From Octopus vulgaris (lineage: Eukaryota): a stretch of 64,000 nucleotides of DNA. A model generated the notes under the pieces. That model made no database searches, was not told where the DNA came from, and saw only the letters and a list, made by a program, of their open reading frames with translations. A program made the translations under genes and the position numbers. The DNA lies in contig OX597814.1 of assembly GCA_951406725.2 (NCBI GenBank), positions 48,732,001-48,796,000 of the forward strand, read 5' to 3'. Shown here piece after piece: positions 41,215 through 55,096 of this stretch. Each line of letters begins with the position of its first letter. The stretch's first letter is position 1.

Positions 41215-41600
41215 AGGATTAAATCCCGTTTCAAGCTCCTATCCCTGAATGCCTGAAGTTTGTGCAACAAGGTACACTATTTTGAATCCTATATCAAGAG
41301 TATTGACCCCGATTTCACCACAGTCACCGAAACATGGGCACACTCTCTTCTATGTGATGGTGTTTTAGCATAACTGGTTACAACATGTTCCATAAAGACC
41401 GTGCTAATCGTTGTGGAGGTCAAACTTTCTAGTTATTCCTTGTGATAATCTAAACAAATCACAACATGAGGCACTTTTTCTAAATTACGCATAAACAAGT
41501 CAACAATAATACTTGGAGTTGTCTATCGCCCACCAAATTAACATCAAGACACATAGCTTTTTGAAATCCTCAGGGCCGCATCTAAGAAACTAGCCACTTA
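41215..41600 (+). pseudogene. CR1/L2-like apurinic endonuclease remnant
   Basis: LLSLNA*SLCNK, PDFTTVTETW, GYNMFHKDR..RCGG and ILGVVYRPP. Confidence 0.75.
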
Positions 41601-41849
41601 TTGCCAAAGAAAGCTTTCCACTGCATTCTACATACAAATTGGTTCGTTTTCTCCAAAAGATCACGTATATAATCCTTCCTATAGGGTATAGGTATAACCT
41701 TTAGCGAAACATCCAGTGTTATTTTAACCATCATCGTTGTACGCTACCTTATAGCACCTTCCTCCCTGAAATTGGAAATTGGTTGTTGTTATTGGATAAT
41801 AAAATGAATGGTTTACACCTGGTAGCTTACTGGTAAAACACGGTTACTT

Positions 41850-43051
<1,202 letters not shown>

Positions 43052-43125
43052 TTAAAGCGGTTGATGTAGATATACGCCGAACCATTGTCGTTCGCTCATT
43101 GCTGATCTCAGCCGAGATGATTACC

Positions 43126-43347
43126 TATGTCTTCACTACCCACAAGGGGCTAAACACAGAGAGGAGAAACAAGGACAGACAAACGAGTTAAGCCGATAAT
43201 TCGACCCCAGTGCGTAACTGGTACTTATTTAATCGACCCCGAAAGGATGAAAGGCAAAGTCGACCTCGGCGGAATTTGAACTCAGAACGTAGCGGCAGAC
43301 GAAATACCGCTCAGCATTTCGCCTACCGTTTCTGCCAGCTCGCCGCC
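43126..43347 (-). mobile_element. Family A SINE
   Basis: TSD tgattacc at 43118-43125 and 43348-43355. Confidence 0.9.
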
Positions 43348-45525
43348 TGATTACCGTCAATGCAACCTAGTTGCTTGATAGAAAAAAACCCCGTTGTCAT
43401 GAGGTTAAATTCTAGGGCTGTCTTTCCTACGAATCTTGACTAGAACTAATGGCGTTTCTTTTCTCCTCACTGCAAATGCAATATAATTTATTAAAATTTC
43501 AGGGGCTCCACTACATTAAATATGTTAGTATCAACTTTAATAAATAGCGCTCAGTGGTTTACGCCTTAAAATCTTATCTATCTCAGTTTCTTAAAACTGC
43601 TTGAAACAACACAGCCATCAATAGATATACAATTACTTAAATTCTATACAAGAGAATATTTCGAGATTTCGTGTGTGTGTGTGTGTGTGTGCATGTTTGT
43701 GCGCGTGTGTGTGTATATTTGTGTGCGTGTATGCGTGCATGTGTGTGTGTGTGTGTGTGCGCGTGTGTGTGTGTGCGTGTGTGTGTGTGTATGTTTGTGC
43801 GCGCGTGTGTGTATAGTTGTGTGCGTGTGTGCGTGCATGTGTGTGTGTGTGTGTGTGTGCGTGTGTTTTTGTGCGTATGTGCGTGAACTTGTATTTGTAT
43901 GTGAGTGGATGTGCGTGTGTAGCATGTTACGTCAATCTCCTTAAACATTAAATGCAGAATCTAACATTCTGGATATTGCCTGATACATAAACTGTCTGAC
44001 TGAAGAAATACAGATGGTTTTAACCACTTTGAAACAGGTGTAACTCACAAGGTCGAAATCGTGATCCTTCGGTTGTTAGAAAGTTTTTAGAGCAAGACTA
44101 AATTCGATTTACGTCACAGAGTAGAGGATCGGGTTTCTTACATACTATAGTTATGTCTGACGTTAGTGATGGAACATCTGCGTCTACTATCATAATGATT
44201 TATACGTAGATGTATATGTCATAGGGTACTGTACATATCTATACAGTGATGCTGACGTCACTGAACGTACAGGCCTTTAATGACCGTCAACACTAAACAA
44301 GCTGACATGGTTATGGGACATATGTACATATCTCCTGACGTCACAGAACTGTAGATATACACATGTAGTTGTGTTGATGTCCGTAGTGGATACATGTACA
44401 GAGATGTTGACGTCAATAAAAAGGTTCGCTTGCAAGCAATGAGGTTTGATAAGAAACTTGTATCTATTCTAGAGTGAGATATTTCCTTAAACCAGCTGCT
44501 ACTATAAACGCCTGTATTCATACTTATTTAATGTTTATAGACGAACATTTATGGTAGGATGGCGGCGACGACAACGATAAACCTCATCAGCTAAACAAGA
44601 TATATCTCAAGATAAATGCGGAAGAACTCCAGACGGTGAGTGGGTTCGGTTGAGGGCGACTCTGCAATCCGATAAACCATATGTCTACATAGCTGACAAT
44701 TATTCTGTACCCACATCTGTAATAACAATTCCAATACCACTGGTTGATTGAGGGAAGGCCCAGTTGTGTAACCTTGGACTATATCTGTCTGTATATCTGT
44801 CTGTCTAGCTGTGTGTCAGTCCGTTAGCTGATGAATAAAAACTTATATGAAAGAAAAAGAGTGAAAGAGGAATGAATAGTAAAGTCTGAACGTAGGAAAG
44901 AATATTTCGTTGTGTACAGGCTTTCTCTGAAAATTAGCACAGGAACACTTAAATATATGTGTCTGTGTGTCAGTGTCTGTGTTTATGTATCTACGTGTCT
45001 AATCTGATCAACGCACGCAGCAATCTGCAGAGTTAAAGAGAGCTGCGATTATATAATCATTTTGTTGCCATATAGGGCTACGTTGGTGTGCAACCCCATC
45101 CCTACATCATTCCATTATTTAATGTGAAGAAGTATTTGACCCAATATTAATATGAAGTAAAATGGGAGAATAAAATACAAGGAAATCTCTCACTCCCTTT
45201 CTCTCTCTCTCCCTCTCACAAATATACATACATACGTACGTACGTACATACATACATACATACATATCAATATTTCCGTTGGTTTTTCTGGGGGGTTTTA
45301 TTTATGAGCTGCGGCTATGATGGAGCCTACCTCCAAATGAATAGGCCATGATGGAGACGCCAGTAGTTATTTCACTCTGACACATAATTTATCAAGATTT
45401 ATTTGTCGAACCGCAAAGTTACGAGGTATAAAGAGACATAGCAGAAACAACACCAGTTTTAAAAACCGAGCTAGATATAAACAGAGACAGCACAGACATT
45501 CGCACATAGACTCTTTCATGTATGT

Positions 45526-45565
<40 letters not shown>

Positions 45566-46066
45566 AAATTAGCAGTTATTAGAGCAACGGATAGAATGCC
45601 CGGCGTTGTTTGTTCCGACCTTCTGCGCTTCAAGTTCAATTCCCACCGAGATCAACTTTGTCTTTTTACTAGTCCAGTTCAGAATTTGACTGAGCCTTCA
45701 AAGCGTCAGACGAGATGTCTTGCGATGTCTGTTTGGCTTTGTATTTTCCTTGGACAACATTAGTGACACGGAGAAGAGTCTCGCATGCTGAAACAACTGC
45801 TTGTCTTCCTCAAAACGTTATCCAGGCTCGTGCCTTGGAGAGGAATATTACAACTGCCAATAATCAGACTGTCTACAACAGAAAAACAAAGACCATTGCT
45901 GTTCTTATATACATGATGGGTGCATACACGGTCAGTTTCTGGAATTTAAAGTTTTGTGTGTGTATGCGTGTTTTTATTTTTGTTTATTTATTTAAGTATT
46001 TATTGTGGAGGAATAGGCTATCTTCTAACCATTTTCAGATCCTCCGCAACTAGTGAGATCAATACC

Positions 46067-46300
46067 TATTTCTTTACTACCCACAATGGGCTAAACATAG
46101 AGGGGACAAACAAGGACAGACAAACGGATTAAGTCGATTACATCGACCCCAGTGCGTAACTGGTACTTAATTTATCGACCCCGAAAGGATGAAAGGCAAA
46201 GTCGACCTTGGCGGAATTTGAACTCGGAACGTAGCGGCAGACGAAATACCGCTAAGCATTTCGCCCGGCGTGTTAACGATTCTGCCAGCTCTCGCCGCCT
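46067..46300 (-). mobile_element. Young full-length family A SINE
   Basis: Exact 16-bp TSD tagtgagatcaatacc at 46051-46066 and 46301-46316. Confidence 0.95.
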
Positions 46301-46995
46301 TAGTGAGATCAATACCATCAATTTTCCGCTTGAATTGTTACAAGTCCAATACTCCAAGACAAAAAAAAAAGACCTATGTGTAAGGAGGAAATGCCAGCCT
46401 AGTTGTTTGTGTGTAGCAGCAGCAGCAGTAGCAGCAGCACTGTCCCAGATGTGAGACCAGTACTACTTTTGCAAGTCTTACCTGGGCTTCATAACTAGTT
46501 AGTAGTTGTTATGGCTGAAATATTTTGTGACTCTGAAGAGAGTAGCTAGTCTTTGCTATATTGAGAATATGTATTCACAATGGGAGATCGTAGGTGATGG
46601 TGACACCAAGCATTTCAAACAACTGTGAGATATCTAGTTGCAAGCTGTTCATGTTTGTGGGATGTGAGATGTGATAATGTTTTCTTAATATGAAAATTGA
46701 TTGTACCATTTTGCTGCTGAAAGAGAAAGGCTTAGCATAACTCAGTGGGAGTATGTTTTCTCTTGTCTGTTCATGGAGTCAACGAGTATTTGCAATGAGA
46801 TGCCTAGGTTACACGTGAACGATTTTTGAATGCAGACTGTTAGAGAGGAATAAAGACTAGGGTAATATTTGTGTACGATGTGGTGAGGACGAGCAGATCG
46901 TTGATGTAGAGGAATAAAAGTTTGCGGGACAAAACTCTGGGCACCCCAGAGCTGACAGTGTCAGAGTGTATTTCTCTCTCTCTCTCTCTCTCTTT

Positions 46996-47034
<39 letters not shown>

Positions 47035-47328
47035 CCTCTCTCTCTTCTCTCCCTCTCTCTCTCTCTATATATATATTTATATGTATGTGTATACACACAC
47101 ACATATATGTTGTATACACGCATATGTGTATGTGTGTGTGTGTGTGTGCGTGTGTGTGTGTGCGTGTATGTGTAAGGTATAAATTAGAGGTGTCAAACCC
47201 TCTAAGGGTTAGAAATATCCGGAGGCACTCCTGTTAATTACCTCAGTAATTATGGTCCTTGGCATAAGGTATACGGCAGCAGGTAATTTAAGAGGTAAAC
47301 CGTAGTTTAATGTATATATATAGACGAT

Positions 47329-47754
47329 AAGAAAATGGAGGAAAAGTAACAAATAGAAGTGTGTCTGTTGTGCTAAAAAGCCATTATTTAATTAATTAAG
47401 CAAGGTGAGGTCAAGAGTGAGTTTACAGCTGTTTCTGTGTACCAAAGTTGAGGTAAATAGGGGTTTACCTCGTTGCGAATGGTAGACGTCATCAGAACGA
47501 AGAAGGCAGAAATAGACAAAGAGGGGAACAGAGTGAAAGATAGAGGGAGAAATCGGAAAGGAAAAGTTCAATGATTCGAAAGTTGAAGAATAGAGGATGG
47601 TTGAATCCGAAGTCTTGTAGTTAGTTATTATCATGACTTCCACGTATCTAACTGTTTATGTAAACCCATTCTTACCCCCACCTTGCTTAATTAATTAAAT
47701 AATGGCTTTTTAGCACAACAGACACACTTCTTTATGTTTTTCCTCCATGTTCTT
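47329..47754. repeat. Inverted repeat (arms about 100 bp) enclosing an HHR
   Basis: Arms at 47329-47427 and 47659-47754, starting a few bases after a short (TA)n run. Confidence 0.85.
47421..47498 (-). ncRNA. Type I HHR motif
   Basis: Minus strand: gtt-CTGATGA-cgtctacca..gaggtaaa/tttacctc..tggtacaca-GAAA-CAGCT-GTA-aac. Stem III ACAGCTGT is palindromic. Confidence 0.78.
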
Positions 47755-50216
47755 GTGCATGTGTTTGTGTATGTGCGATGGGCTTTCGCGCAGATACTGT
47801 CTATTCACAATATCTTAGTTAACCCAAGGCTATGAGAGAAGAGACTTGTCCCAGGAAGCTGTGAAGAATAATGAATCCCAGAACCACATGGTTGAGGGGC
47901 GAGGGTCTTAAACATACAGCAGTAACATGACTTTGTAGACATTTCTTTGTTGATATTCCGTCTCATGATAGCCTGACCAGTAAGAAATTTGAGCACCACG
48001 AATATCCTTTTCTCAATCTCCTTAACTTTTCAACTGAACAGTTCAGCAATGGATGATTGCCTTTATTATCAATGAACTGAGCCTCTTTAAGGTATAGATA
48101 TATATCAATTATCCTTTCAGCTTTCGGTTTGTAGTATGTGTGTGTGATTGAATATATACGTATGTGTATGTATAAAATCCATAGCCGTCACAACCAAGCT
48201 AGTATAACTTGGTAGTATGTACCACGTTTTAAATAATTTTTCATGTATCTATGATTTGATGGAGATTTAGCTAATATTTCTAACACAAGAAGACTCCTTC
48301 GTTGACTCGAGAGGGTCCTTAGTCTTTATAGATGCCGAATAGTTTACAAAACCAAGCTCTAATTTTATCACACGTAAATTTATAAGTTTCTAGAAAATTA
48401 AAAGATTATTTGTAGGGATATGAATTACATATAACTTTTCCTTCTTTTCCTACATACTAGCAAAAAGGAGACCTCTTATAGTCTTGTTGGTAGAATAATG
48501 CATGTGGTTAATGAGTATAGGTTTGAAATAATATGTAAATCAGACACAATATATCAGATCTTAATTTATATCAATAAAGGCAAGTATTCATATATGTGTT
48601 TATGAGAATGTACATAGATATTATCATCTTTTACAAAGTCAATTAAATAATATGTTGTAGATTGTTATAGAAAATGTGCACACAAATCTTTGTGTTTGTA
48701 AAGGGAAATTGCTTACAAAGCCGATCCTGGGCAGCAGCGAACAGAAAATGCAAATGTTTTAAAACTGTTAGAAGTTATTCTATTGAGGAACAGCTAACAT
48801 AAGAACGAAAAAGACAGCTTACCTAAAGCTGCCGGTGACAGAATGAGGAGCGTTTTCTCTTTAAATAACCAAAATGACTCACAGATTACCGATCTTTCAT
48901 TGGCTAAAGTAACATACGTAATAGCAGCGAAACTAAAATGTATGTACATATAAAGTCGCTGTAAATTCAAATACATCCTAAACTATGATCTATGTGGTTT
49001 GAACGATTTCACAATAGCAGAAATAAACTGATGATCGGAAGATAGATTATTGAACAAATATTTCCTTAGTTTGCAATACTGAATTTAATTATTCTTTAGC
49101 CTGGAATGGTAAACCACTTCTCAGTATTTTCTGTGAGAGTTCCTGAAATGAACAGGATCACTGGAGTTCAACATCCCCATCGGCATACACAAATGCATGA
49201 AGTCGGTAATAACATCGTCATCATCATCACTACTGCTACTAATATTATCAACAACAACAATAACACGAATTCTAAAAACAGAAAATAAAAGCTATTTAGG
49301 TTCTTGATTGTAACTCTAGTAAAGAAACTAAATTGTTTGTAAACACAGAATAGTAGAACTAAAGTGAATGTAAGAGAGTTGTTTAAAGAAGACAAAAGAG
49401 ATGGAGTGAGGTGAAGATAGAGTGCTGGCAATGCTAAAAAAACACAGACTGTTTGTATTTGAGTCAGCGCATGCGTGCCTGCTTGTATGCGAATGAGAGC
49501 TGTCTGTATCAGCTATGTTAGCGCGTGTGTTTATGTTGATGATAACGAATGTTGTATAAAATAAGAGCTGTTACCGTAAGCTGAGAAGCGGAGGAGTGGA
49601 CGGGAAAGAATAGAAGAAAACAGGAGACATGAAAATGGAAACTTTGTTTCTTAGACATAATTGAAAAAGAGGAACTTTGTTTTCTCATTACGACAAAACT
49701 GTCAGTTAAAATTTTGCTTTAACAAAAGTATAGTGCATGAGAAATTATGGCATTCATGAACCTTCCAGAGTATCAACAACGCAATAATAACTTCACATTG
49801 CTACAGCTGATATCTGAAAGTTAGTCTTAGTGTTGTTACCTCATTTGAAATTTTATTTAATTTTAGAATTTTATGTTACATCATAAATTTTGGTAATCGT
49901 TGATTATAGGCTTCCAACAGCTCAATCAATTATTCGCTGCATTTCTGATGGTGAACTCGGCAAAAAGTTTCCTAGTAATTCGAGCGGAATAAATACCACA
50001 CGATATGTGTCTGAATGCACCAGTTCTTTTCACGTAGTATATCGGCGAAAAATGTCAAAACAAATTCTGAGAGAATTTCTGTCGAAGAGGTACTTTTTTT
50101 TCAAAAGTTTTCTATCCCTTTTGGTCTTGAGCTTTCCTTCTTTCTTAATATGACTTAAATATTTGCAATTTTTTCCGTCTTGCTATTTATGCGATTCTTT
50201 CTCTCTTCCCAACTAA

Positions 50217-51073
50217 AGCACCACTAGCACCAATGACACCACCAACATCACTACTAGCAACACCAACACCACAAGCACCACAGGGACTACCAGCACATCT
50301 AGAACCACCAACACCACTAGCATCACCAGCACCATTAACACCACCAACACCATAAGCACCACTGGCACTTCCAGCACCACTAGAACTACTAACACCAGGA
50401 GAACCACAAGCACCACTAGCACCACCAACACCACCACCGACACTAATCTCACCAGCACCACTGCACCACCAACATCACGATCACCACAAGCACCACCAAC
50501 ACTATCAACACCACAACCAGCGCCACTAGCACCACCAACACCACAAGCACCACTAGCACCACTAGCACCACTAGCACACCACCCACCGACACCAGCACTA
50601 GCAGCACCAGCACAACTAGCACCACCGGCACCACTAGCACCACCAACAGCAACACCACCACCACCATTAGCTCTACCAGCACCACTAGCACCACCAACAG
50701 CACAAGCACCACTAGCACCATCAGCAAACCCACTAGCACCAGCAACACCACAAGCGGCATTAGCACCACCAGCACCACCACCATCACTAGCACCACCAGC
50801 ACCACCAACATCCTCAACACCACAAGCACCCCTTGCACAATGAGCATCACTAGCACCACCAACACCAACATCATCACTAGCACTACCAGCACCACTAGCA
50901 CCACCAGCACCACCAGCACTATCAACACCACCAGCACCACTCTCATCAACATCACTACTAGCACCACCAACACCATCAGCACCACTAGCACCACTAACAA
51001 AACCACCACTAGCACCACCAACACCACAAGCACCACTAGCACCACCAACACCACCAAGACTACTAGCACCACT
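50217..51073. repeat. Degenerate trinucleotide array (CAC/CAG/TAG/CAA)
   Basis: Recurrent agcaccactagcaccacca units. Confidence 0.9.
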
Positions 51074-51074
51074 G

Positions 51075-52735
51075 TTGCAGTGAGACAATCTTCTGTGTGA
51101 AGCTTCGCTGGATTGCTTCAAGGTCTGCTGTTAATTTTATACTGTTTTGGGTGACCATAGCTGGGAGCAGTAATCCAGGCGGCAGAGGACGAACGTCCTC
51201 CAGGGGAGCATCATGGCTTCCTTTTCTCTGGTTCTTCACGTTCTCAGGGTCGATCCAGCCATTCGTCTGTATTTTGTCACCATCCTGATAATGTGCACTT
51301 GGAAAGAGGTATCATCACTCATATCGATATCCAGGTCCCTCAATGATTTAGACTCTGGGATTGTAACCCCCTGTGGACCAGTGTACTCTGTAAGTTTTAT
51401 ATTCAATTTTGGACGCTGGTAGCGCAGGGGTTGGAATTTTTCAGCATTGAATTGCATATTATTATCTACAGCCCATCTGTAAACTGAGTCTAACTCCTGC
51501 TGCAGGGGTGCAACATCGCTGTGGTTCTCTATTTGCGTAGCTAGCAAGGGTGGCTACCTGTGCAGTTGAGGGTATATCTGAGAGGGCCACTATGAAAATC
51601 AGTGGTCCCAAGACGGTGCCCTGTGGAACACCGCTCCTTATTCGTGTTTTCATTGAGGTGGCCCCATCGGTCACTACTGCCTGATTCTATCTTTCAGAAA
51701 GTCATATAACCACTCTCCAAGTTTTCCAGCTATGCCGAGATCACGCAGTTTGTGGCATATCGTACCATGATCCACTTTATCAAAAGCTTTTGCATAATCG
51801 AGGTATATTACGTCCACATTTGAGTTGTTGAATAACTGCCTCAACACCCGGTCATAGTGCTTTAAGAGCTGTGTCAGTCGAAAGCCATGCTGGATATCAC
51901 TCAGCAAGTCGTTTTCTTCAAGGAATGTGATTAGTTTCCCTCTGACTATCCGTTCCATGACTTTACTGATGTGTGAAGTCAGAGAGATAGGCCTATAGTT
52001 TTTGGCATCTGCTATGCTTCCTCCTTTTATGGATTGGGAATATTATTCCCTCCTTCAGTTTGCATGGCAGCCTGCTATTTTCAAGAAAGCTCTGGAAGAG
52101 AATCTTTAGAGGTTTTACCAAGGAACGCTTACATGATTTGAGGAGGATTGCTGGAAAACCATCAGTTTCCCAGCAGTTGAGTTGGCGTCCACCTCATATA
52201 TGGCTAGTAGTATATCTTCTTCGCTAATGTTGATATATTCCATCGTAACTGCCTCGCTGGTTATAGGTGAGGCGGCAAAAACATCCACTGGTTCGTTGAC
52301 TTGTCTGTGTTCCAACGGGGTGGTAAAGACACTTTTGAACTGGTCATTCAATACCTCACTGATCCTGGTTGGACTATCTGTGAGGGAGCCATCCTTTTGG
52401 AAGCAAAGTCCTATCTTGCAACGTACTGAGGCTATTTCTTTCGCATAATGAAAGAAGACCTTTGGGTTTGAATTAATGTTTTTATAACCCAAGCCTCTTT
52501 GTCTGCTCTCTCCCTCTCAATCTCCATCAGAGTTGTTTTTAGGCAGGAATCTTGTTCTATTTTGTGTTGGCCTTGTGCTCTGGGACATATTTCTGGCATA
52601 TGGTTTGCATGACAGATATAACATATTCTAGTTTCATGCTAATATCTGGTGTGGAGAGACATTTTGGCCAATCTTGTCCGAGGATTTCATTTTGGATCGA
52701 TTTCCAGGCTGCTTTGTGGAAGTTCAGATTTGAGC
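51075..52735 (-). pseudogene. CR1-clade LINE ORF2 (reverse transcriptase) fragment
   Basis: NYRPISLTS, QHGFR, YLDYAKAFDKVDH, SGVPQGTVLGP, WAVDNNMQFNAEK and LDYCSQLWSP, with frameshifts. Confidence 0.92.
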
Positions 52736-52841
52736 CGGCACACATACATGCACACACCGAGAAGATAAACATACACTAAATACTTGAGAATAAAACAAGG
52801 AGGAGGTAATCAATAAAACTATTTAAGGTTAATGAAGAGTT

Positions 52842-53521
52842 AATTTGGACATATGCTTACAAGAAAAAAGTCTTTCATCTCTCGAATTTAAGATAGAACC
52901 GTTCATTTTCATAATTATATGACTTCTCTAAATTTTTACTACAAGTATTTAACCTCCCCTACTACTAATACTAACCCTATTTACTCAAATAGCCCTATAT
53001 CCTCTACCAACAATCTCCATACCCACACAAACTCTATCTCTACCAATACATGTACACGTAGCAACAGTGCGTCTAATACTAGTAACAATTGTAGCTGTAG
53101 AAACGCTAACACCTGTGAGGTTAAAGGTAATTGTAAATTAAAAAATGTTCTATATAAAGCCGCTATTACTACACATGATCTCTCTAGGTTTCATTATATA
53201 GGTTGCACGCAGTCCCCTTTTAAATTACATTTGAATAATCATAAATCATCTTTTAATGATCCTCGGAGAGAAAATAGTACTAGTTTATCCAAAAAGGTAT
53301 GGCAACTTAAAATGGATAACATAAATTTCTCAATTTCTTGGAATATTGTTTATTCTGCCCCTTCTTATAGGATTAGAAATAGAACCTGTCCACTATGCCT
53401 AGAGGAGTCTGATATAATTATAAAAATGAACGGTTCTATCTTGAATACAAGAGATGAAAGACATTTTTCTCGTAAGCATATGTCCAAATTCCTCGTATAT
53501 ATTTCTGGCTTTCGGTTGTAA
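52842..53521 (+). pseudogene. Penelope-like (Neptune-type) GIY-YIG endonuclease 3' fragment with an upstream inverted copy of its 3' end
   Basis: CSCRNANTC..NC, VLYKA..YIGCT..FKLHLNNH and CPLCLEE..LNTRDE. 52842-52930 is the reverse complement of 53400-53490. The fragment ends near (TA)n. Confidence 0.85.
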
Positions 53522-53534
53522 AATTGCGAACAAG

Positions 53535-53581
<47 letters not shown>

Positions 53582-53669
53582 ATACATACATGCTAACATA
53601 TATATGAGAGGACAAATGAAAGAAAGTGGCGTTCAACACATTTGATAAGAATTACATAATTTATAAGTG

Positions 53670-53799
53670 TGACTCAGTGCCATACGACCTAAAGTGTTGT
53701 GGGTTCGTAGGACCAACACATCTCATTAGATATCTAGATATCTGATAAGATGGGTTCGTCTTACGAGCTCTCGAAACCTAAAGTCATAGCGTTGAGTCA
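53670..53799. repeat. Hairpin containing an HHR 3' half
   Basis: Palindrome centred on gatatctagatatc. The right arm has GAAACCTAAAGTC at 53773-53785. Confidence 0.65.
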
Positions 53800-54199
53800 T
53801 CTATGTGTATATGTACGTGTTAAACGTACTGAGGTCCTGTGGTTGAGCTATAATAACCTTAAGAAACAAGCCTTTTTATATAGGAAAATATCATTGTCTC
53901 CTCCATAAAGGAACAATGTAGAATTATGCAAGTAAAGCGTTTAAACTGACGTAACATTAATGTCATTATTTTTATGTGCAGATCAAGAATTGTGAAACCT
54001 CAGCACACTCATGTACTACGATAAGAGAAGTATTCCATTTAACTGTTTTCAACAAAACATGAAGTTGCTCTATTTGAATCAATCGAAGGCAACTACTAAG
54101 AAGTTGTAAGGCTGTCCCATTTTTATCGATACAATTTAATAAAGACCGCAATAGTAAAGCTGTACTACGCCCATGTCGATATTCTGCATTAACCGAAGG

Positions 54200-54410
54200 G
54201 GGTGAGGTGGCGGAATCATTAGCACGCCGGACAAAATGCTTAGCGGCATTTCGTCTGTTTTTTCGTTTTGAGTTCAAATTCCGCAAAGGTCGACTTTGCC
54301 TCTCATAATTTTGGGATCAATAAAATGAGTACCAGTTAAGTATTGGGGTCGATGTAATCGAATTAGCTTCCCTCCCGAACTTGTTGTCCTCGTGCTAAAA
54401 TTTGAAGCCG
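54200..54410 (+). mobile_element. Family A SINE (alternative tail)
   Basis: Head and core homology to other family A copies. Confidence 0.8.
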
Positions 54411-54883
54411 ATATTATGTATTGACTCTGTCAACTATTAACAAGCTGAGAAAAGCAACTTTATCTAGTCAATAGGATTGGCAGATTATTTTATCATATGG
54501 GAATATATAATCTAAGATTGTATGAAAGATATATTTGGAGAATATAACTAGAAAGATATATAGAAAGGTGTTTTAATTAACCTTGATGCTTTTCTATTTA
54601 CTGTTTTGTCAAAAACTTGTTTTTTACTGTACCCAAGAAATTTGCCACATAATTTATAAGTTATGTTTGAATAATTCTACAACAGAAGTCGAAATCACTA
54701 TCTTTTGATTGCTAATTCTAGTTATTTCTACGGCACCAAGTAGAAATTACTCTCATACGTATTTTAAATTTTTGTCCTTCGTCGTGCTATACATATACCC
54801 AGATTTATCTACTATAAGTCACGTTACAGACCGATGTTTCTCTTAATATAATATGCACTTCCACTTTATTATATACTTACCTT

Positions 54884-55096
54884 AAGGCTGCGAGCTGGCA
54901 GAATCGTTAGCATGCCGGGCGAAATGCTTAGCAGTATTTCGTCTGTTGCTACGTTCTGAGTTCAAATTCCGCCGAGGTCGACTTTCATCCTTTCGGGGTC
55001 GATAAAATAAGTATCGGTTCCGCACTGGAATCGATGTAATCGACTAGCCCTCTTTCCCCGCCAAATTTTCGAGGCCTTGTGCCTAGAGTAAAAATA
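54884..55096 (+). mobile_element. Family A SINE (alternative tail)
   Basis: 16-bp TSD attatatacttacctt at 54868 and 55097. Confidence 0.9.

Noticed and set aside
44000-44046. CTGAAGA...GAAACAGGTGTA hammerhead-like string
   Set aside because: Stem I and the base of stem II do not pair. It may be a relic but is unsupported.
50213-51121. 302-aa Gly/Ala-rich ORF resembling a structural protein
   Set aside because: It starts inside a CR1 pseudogene and shifts into a poly-Val/Leu frame. Nearly all codons end in T, so the open frame follows from a (GGT)n-derived array.
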